Shown piece after piece: positions 60,674-64,000 of a DNA stretch of 64,000 bases. Each line of letters starts with the position of its first letter. Within the stretch, counting starts at the first letter, position 1. Made by a program: the position numbers and the translations under genes. The notes beneath the pieces are model-generated. The model saw only the letters and a program-made list of their open reading frames with translations. It was not told where the DNA came from and ran no database searches. This DNA comes from an uncultured Chloroflexia bacterium (GTDB lineage: Bacteria; Chloroflexota; Limnocylindria; QHBO01), in contig CAWBOA010000003.1 of NCBI GenBank assembly GCA_963790255.1, positions 319,730 to 383,729 on the forward strand, written 5' to 3'.

Positions 60674-63451
60674 ATGAGCGAGGCGGAGCGGACAGGACTG
60701 GACCACGTCGTCCTCCCCCGACGCCGCCCAGGCCTCGCCCTCCTCGAGCGCTATCGCCCCCCGCCGGCCGACAACGTCCTCGACGCCGAGCTCAGCGCGT
60801 TCGCGGCGTCCGGCGACACCGTCCTCGACCCGTGGGCCGGCACTGGCTGGACCGCGCGTCGCGCGATCGCCCACGGCATGCGGGCGGTGTCCGCCGATCC
60901 GAGTCCCTTCAACCAGCTGGCCGCGATGGCGTTTCTGTCGGCCCCCGATCCCGCGGTGCTCGACGCGGCATTCGTCCAGCTGTCCGGCTCGCGCCGGGTT
61001 GACGTGCCGCTCAACCAGCACATCGAGGAGCTGTACGCCACGCGCTGCGGGACCTGCCGCCGTCCCGTAGTGGCCGACCAGTTCATCTGGCCCCGTGAGG
61101 GTGACGCCCCCGGTCGCAAGCTGTACCGCTGCGTCAACTGCGACGCGTCAATCGGCGGCCCCGAGGAGCGCGCGGCGGAGGTCGACGAGGTCGACCTGGC
61201 CAAGCTCGGCATCGAGCGTGGCGAACGGATGGACTCACCACCCGCGCCCGACGCAGCCGTCGAGGACCTGCCGCCGGCGCCGGTCGGCCTGACCGATCCC
61301 GGGATCGAGCTCGATCCATCCGACGAGCCGCTCGGCGAGGAGGGCGGGCCGCCGACCCCACCCCCGCTGGCGACCGACCCGCCGCTCGGCGATCGGCCGC
61401 GCTTCGCGTCGACCGTACGCCCGGATCCGGTGCCGGTTGCCGCGGCCGCCGGCGGCGCGCGCCTCAGCCCGCAGTACCTCGAGCTGCGCGACCGTTTCCC
61501 GGTGCTCGACGGTCGGGACGATCTCGTCGAGGAGCTGCTCGACCTGTTCACTGCCCGCAACCTGTACGCGCTGCACGCCATCGGCGCCAAGATCGAGTCG
61601 GAGCTGCGCGACGCTGGCACCGTCGCCGTCATGCGCCTCGCGCTCGCCGCCTGCCTGCTGCCCGCGAGCCGGCTGAACGGCTATCCCGGACGGGTCGCGT
61701 CCCTGCGCATCGCGGGCGGGCACGTGCGCCAGCCGGCCAGCCGGCATCAGCGCGAGGTCAACGTCTGGCGCGCCTTCGAGGCGTCGTTCGCCGACGTTCG
61801 TGCTGCCATCTCCGCCCTGCCTCGCGACCGGCATGACGTCCGCTTCGCGGCCGACTATGGCGAGCTCGGCGGGATGTCGGCGGCCAACGTGCTCTGGCTT
61901 CGATCGCGGGCCGCGGTCGTCGGCCAGTACGTGCCGGCCGAAGGCGTCGACCTCGTCCTGGCCGCCCCGCCGGCCAGCCCTTCGATCGACGAGCTGTCGT
62001 ACGAATACCTGGCGACGTCCTGGATCCTGGGCCGTGAGGCCGCCGAGACGCTGCGGCTGGAGCCGATCTTCGGCAGTGGGGGCCAGGCCGCGGGCGCCGA
62101 GGCCACCGCCCTCAGGCATGGGCTCACATCGGCCGCCGGCGCCCTCAAGCCGGGCGGCTGGTGCAGCCTCCTCGTCGAGGGCGCCGATCCCGACCGCGTC
62201 CTCGCGACCGCCGTCGCCGGTGCGGCCGCCGGGCTCGAGATCGTCGACGTCGTCCATCGAGAGTCCGCCCGAGCCGGCGACGGCGTCGTGCTCCACCTCC
62301 GCAAGCCATCGGCGGAGGACCGCCTCCGTCGCGCCGTGGCACCCAGCCCGCTCCGCCTGGGAGTCGAGGGTGGGCACCTGACCTACCCCGAGCTTGCCGC
62401 CGGCATCGATCGAGCCGCGGTCGGGCTGCTCCGGGACCGAGGCGAACCAGCCAGCCTGGCGCGCATGGTCGTGGCGGTCGTGGCCGAGCTCGGTCGGTCC
62501 GGGCTGCTGCGTCGCATCGCCATGACGCGCGCGGCCGAGGACGAGGGTCCCGAGGACCGGATCGACGGCAGCGGGCCCCATCTCGTCGCGTCCCTGGTCC
62601 GCGAGGAGCTCTGGCGGGATGACCACCCGAGCCTCGTGCGACTCGGCGACGAGGCCCGACCGCAGTGGTGGCTGCGCAACCCCGAGCTCGCCGAGCAGCC
62701 CCTCGCCGACCGGGTCGAGTGGGCGACCTGGTCGATCCTCTCAACCGCCGGGCGGATCGACGAGGCCGGCTTCTTCGATCGCATCTTCCGGCTCTTCCCG
62801 GGGCTCGCGGCGCCGGACGAGGAGCTCGTGCGCGCCTGCCTCGCGGCCTATGCCGCGCCGGGCGAGCTTGGCTCGCTCGGGACCGGCGATGACCCCGGCA
62901 AGCGCGCCGAGGATCACGCCAGGGTGATCGCCACGCTCGCCGACTATGCGCACCGCCTCGGCCTGCGCGCCTGGATCGCGGGGCGCGAGCATGACCGGAT
63001 CAGCGACGGCAAGCGCCTGGCCGAGCGGCTGACGGACGACGAGCGCCGCGTCTACCTGCCGCTCGTGATCCGCGCGCCGACGGACGCCCTCGGGGCCGTC
63101 GACGCCATCTGGTACGTCCGCGGTCGCCTCGCGTTCCTCTTCGAGGTCGAGTGGACCGCCATGGTCGGCGAGGCCATCCTCGATCGGGGCCGCCAGATCC
63201 CGCTCGGGGAGCAACAGGCGCGCTTCCTCGTGATCCCCGCCGAGCGGGCCGAGCTGCTCCGGCTGAAGATGCAGCGATCGCCGTGGCTGCGCGACGAGAT
63301 GGAGCGCCAGAACTGGCATGTCCTGAAGTGGCAGCACCTCGACACGCTGGCCGCGCGGCCCGGCGCGCGCATGGAATGGCTCGAGCCGGTGCTCGGCCTC
63401 GACCCGCTCATCGAGCGTGGTGGCGAGCAGCTCACGATGTTCGGGGAGTAG
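60674..63451 (+). CDS. 925-aa protein: methyltransferase-like fold with degenerate motifs, Cys4 zinc ribbon, Pro-rich linker, C-terminal nuclease-like (PD-(D/E)xK-type) module
   Basis: A motif-I-like VLDPWAGTGWTARRAI..AVSADPSP. A Cys4 ribbon CGTCRR...YRCVNCD. DLVLAAPPA sits where (D/N)PP(Y/F) would be expected. C-terminal VDAIWYVRGRLAFLFEVEWT...FLVIPAERAELL. It starts 6 nt after the TPR gene stop. Confidence 0.5.
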   Translation: MSEAERTGLDHVVLPRRRPGLALLERYRPPPADNVLDAELSAFAASGDTVLDPWAGTGWTARRAIAHGMRAVSADPSPFNQLAAMAFLSAPDPAVLDAAFVQLSGSRRVDVPLNQHIEELYATRCGTCRRPVVADQFIWPREGDAPGRKLYRCVNCDASIGGPEERAAEVDEVDLAKLGIERGERMDSPPAPDAAVEDLPPAPVGLTDPGIELDPSDEPLGEEGGPPTPPPLATDPPLGDRPRFASTVRPDPVPVAAAAGGARLSPQYLELRDRFPVLDGRDDLVEELLDLFTARNLYALHAIGAKIESELRDAGTVAVMRLALAACLLPASRLNGYPGRVASLRIAGGHVRQPASRHQREVNVWRAFEASFADVRAAISALPRDRHDVRFAADYGELGGMSAANVLWLRSRAAVVGQYVPAEGVDLVLAAPPASPSIDELSYEYLATSWILGREAAETLRLEPIFGSGGQAAGAEATALRHGLTSAAGALKPGGWCSLLVEGADPDRVLATAVAGAAAGLEIVDVVHRESARAGDGVVLHLRKPSAEDRLRRAVAPSPLRLGVEGGHLTYPELAAGIDRAAVGLLRDRGEPASLARMVVAVVAELGRSGLLRRIAMTRAAEDEGPEDRIDGSGPHLVASLVREELWRDDHPSLVRLGDEARPQWWLRNPELAEQPLADRVEWATWSILSTAGRIDEAGFFDRIFRLFPGLAAPDEELVRACLAAYAAPGELGSLGTGDDPGKRAEDHARVIATLADYAHRLGLRAWIAGREHDRISDGKRLAERLTDDERRVYLPLVIRAPTDALGAVDAIWYVRGRLAFLFEVEWTAMVGEAILDRGRQIPLGEQQARFLVIPAERAELLRLKMQRSPWLRDEMERQNWHVLKWQHLDTLAARPGARMEWLEPVLGLDPLIERGGEQLTMFGE

Positions 63452-63498
63452 CCCTCCGATCTGCTTGCCCGCCCTCCGAGCGACAAGTAGACTCGCGC

Positions 63499-63531
63499 GG
63501 GAGTGCCGTGGTTCCCCCCTGCGGCACTCCC
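63499..63531. terminator. bidirectional terminator hairpin between convergent genes
   Basis: GGGAGTGCCG (63499-63508), a 13-nt loop, then CGGCACTCCC (63522-63531), followed by ATTCTTGCTT. Confidence 0.6.
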
Positions 63532-63540
63532 ATTCTTGCT

Positions 63541-63870
63541 TCAGTCGGCCCTTCGACGTGGGCCGCGCCGGCCCATGGCCCGGCGCACCACCGCCATCAC
63601 CTCGTCGACGTAGGGCTGGCCCTGGCCGGACTCGATCGCATGAGCGAGGCAGCCGTCGATGTGATCCTCGAGGAGGAGGAGCGCGACCTGGTCGGCCGCG
63701 GCGGTCAGCGCCTCGACCTGCTGCAGGACGTCGAGGCAGTACGCCTCCTCCTGGACGAGGCGCTGGATGCCCCGCGCCTGCCCCTCGATCCGGCGCAGGC
63801 GGGTGACGAGGTCCTTGCGATCCTTCGTGTAGGAGTGACGGAAGTGCGCGGCGGGCGGATCGATGCTCAT
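63541..63870 (-). CDS. csoR: CsoR/RcnR-family metal-sensing transcriptional repressor
   Basis: RLRRIEGQARGIQRLV.E..YC.DVLQQV.A....DQVALLLLEDHI..C is the DUF156/CsoR signature, including the Cys/His/Cys ligand positions. Start is 63870 (109 aa) or 63909 (122 aa). Confidence 0.85.
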   Translation of the reverse strand: MSIDPPAAHFRHSYTKDRKDLVTRLRRIEGQARGIQRLVQEEAYCLDVLQQVEALTAAADQVALLLLEDHIDGCLAHAIESGQGQPYVDEVMAVVRRAMGRRGPRRRAD

Positions 63871-63885
63871 ACTGCGGGGCAGTAT
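63869..63885. promoter_or_regulatory. CsoR-type operator palindrome
   Basis: ATACTGC-GGG-GCAGTAT is a perfect 7-3-7 palindrome with a G-tract centre. It abuts or overlaps the csoR start. Confidence 0.55.
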
Positions 63886-63944
63886 GTGAGGGGTCGCCGG
63901 GGCGGTCAATCCAACGGCTCCGCCGATCCGGGTAGCATGGCCGG

Positions 63945-64000
63945 GTGAGCCCCCTTGAACGCCACGAGCTCGTCAGCCCCATCGAGCGCGTGCTCGTCGT
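63945..64000 (+). CDS. start of an unidentified gene divergent from csoR (runs off the window)
   Basis: GTG 63945 lies 6 nt after a TAGCAT -10 box (63933-63938). The translation VSPLERHELVSPIERVLV.. is too short to identify. Confidence 0.3.
   Translation, partial: MSPLERHELVSPIERVLV

Overview
This is a high-GC, gene-dense chromosomal segment with almost no non-coding DNA. It looks Actinomycetota-like: the aconitase carries the FPASDP-type insert, there is a Ni-superoxide dismutase with its SodX protease, and there is a DUF385/F420-type reductase. I found no rRNA, tRNA, CRISPR array, transposase, integrase or phage gene.

Content in order:
- pth, then a frameshifted mfd and a frameshifted VOC/glyoxalase gene.
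- acnA, apt and a GNAT gene.
- ahcY and metK, flanking an oppositely oriented formyltransferase-like/beta-propeller fusion gene.
- proC.
- A GDP-mannose cluster: guanylyltransferase, DUF374, phosphomannomutase, PGI/PMI.
- A small SWIM zinc-finger protein plus a membrane protein.
- A cobalamin riboswitch driving a BtuFCD-like ABC importer.
- A five-gene Dpp/Opp-type ABC importer whose first genes look lower in GC.
- An AI-2E transporter and trpS.
- A long co-directional block: birA, ECF sigma, anti-sigma, accD, accA, BCCP-like, fabD, accC, fabZ, fabF, accB, fabH, fabG.
- An LPXTG surface protein.
- sodN-sodX and deoC.
- An ECF sigma translationally coupled to ogt.
- Two lipoproteins.
- An aldehyde dehydrogenase plus a catalytic-domain-less paralog.
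- A CGNR zinc-finger regulator divergent from a well-defined promoter with 50-bp-periodic operator-like repeats and two unannotated mini-ORFs.
- PolX, a membrane protein, a TPR protein and a 925-aa methyltransferase-like/Zn-ribbon/nuclease-like protein.
- csoR with a palindromic operator.

Most of the window is ordinary housekeeping DNA. I see no clear mobile or defence island. The items most worth a second look are:
1. A BCCP paralog inside the acc/fab operon that lacks the biotinyl-lysine (BADC-like).
2. The TPR plus degenerate-methylase/nuclease-like pair next to PolX.
3. The CGNR-divergent regulatory region with its mini-ORFs.
4. Four frameshifts clustered in mfd and the adjacent VOC gene.
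5. The sigma-ogt coupled pair.

All calls come from reading the translations and the DNA by eye. No database search was run.
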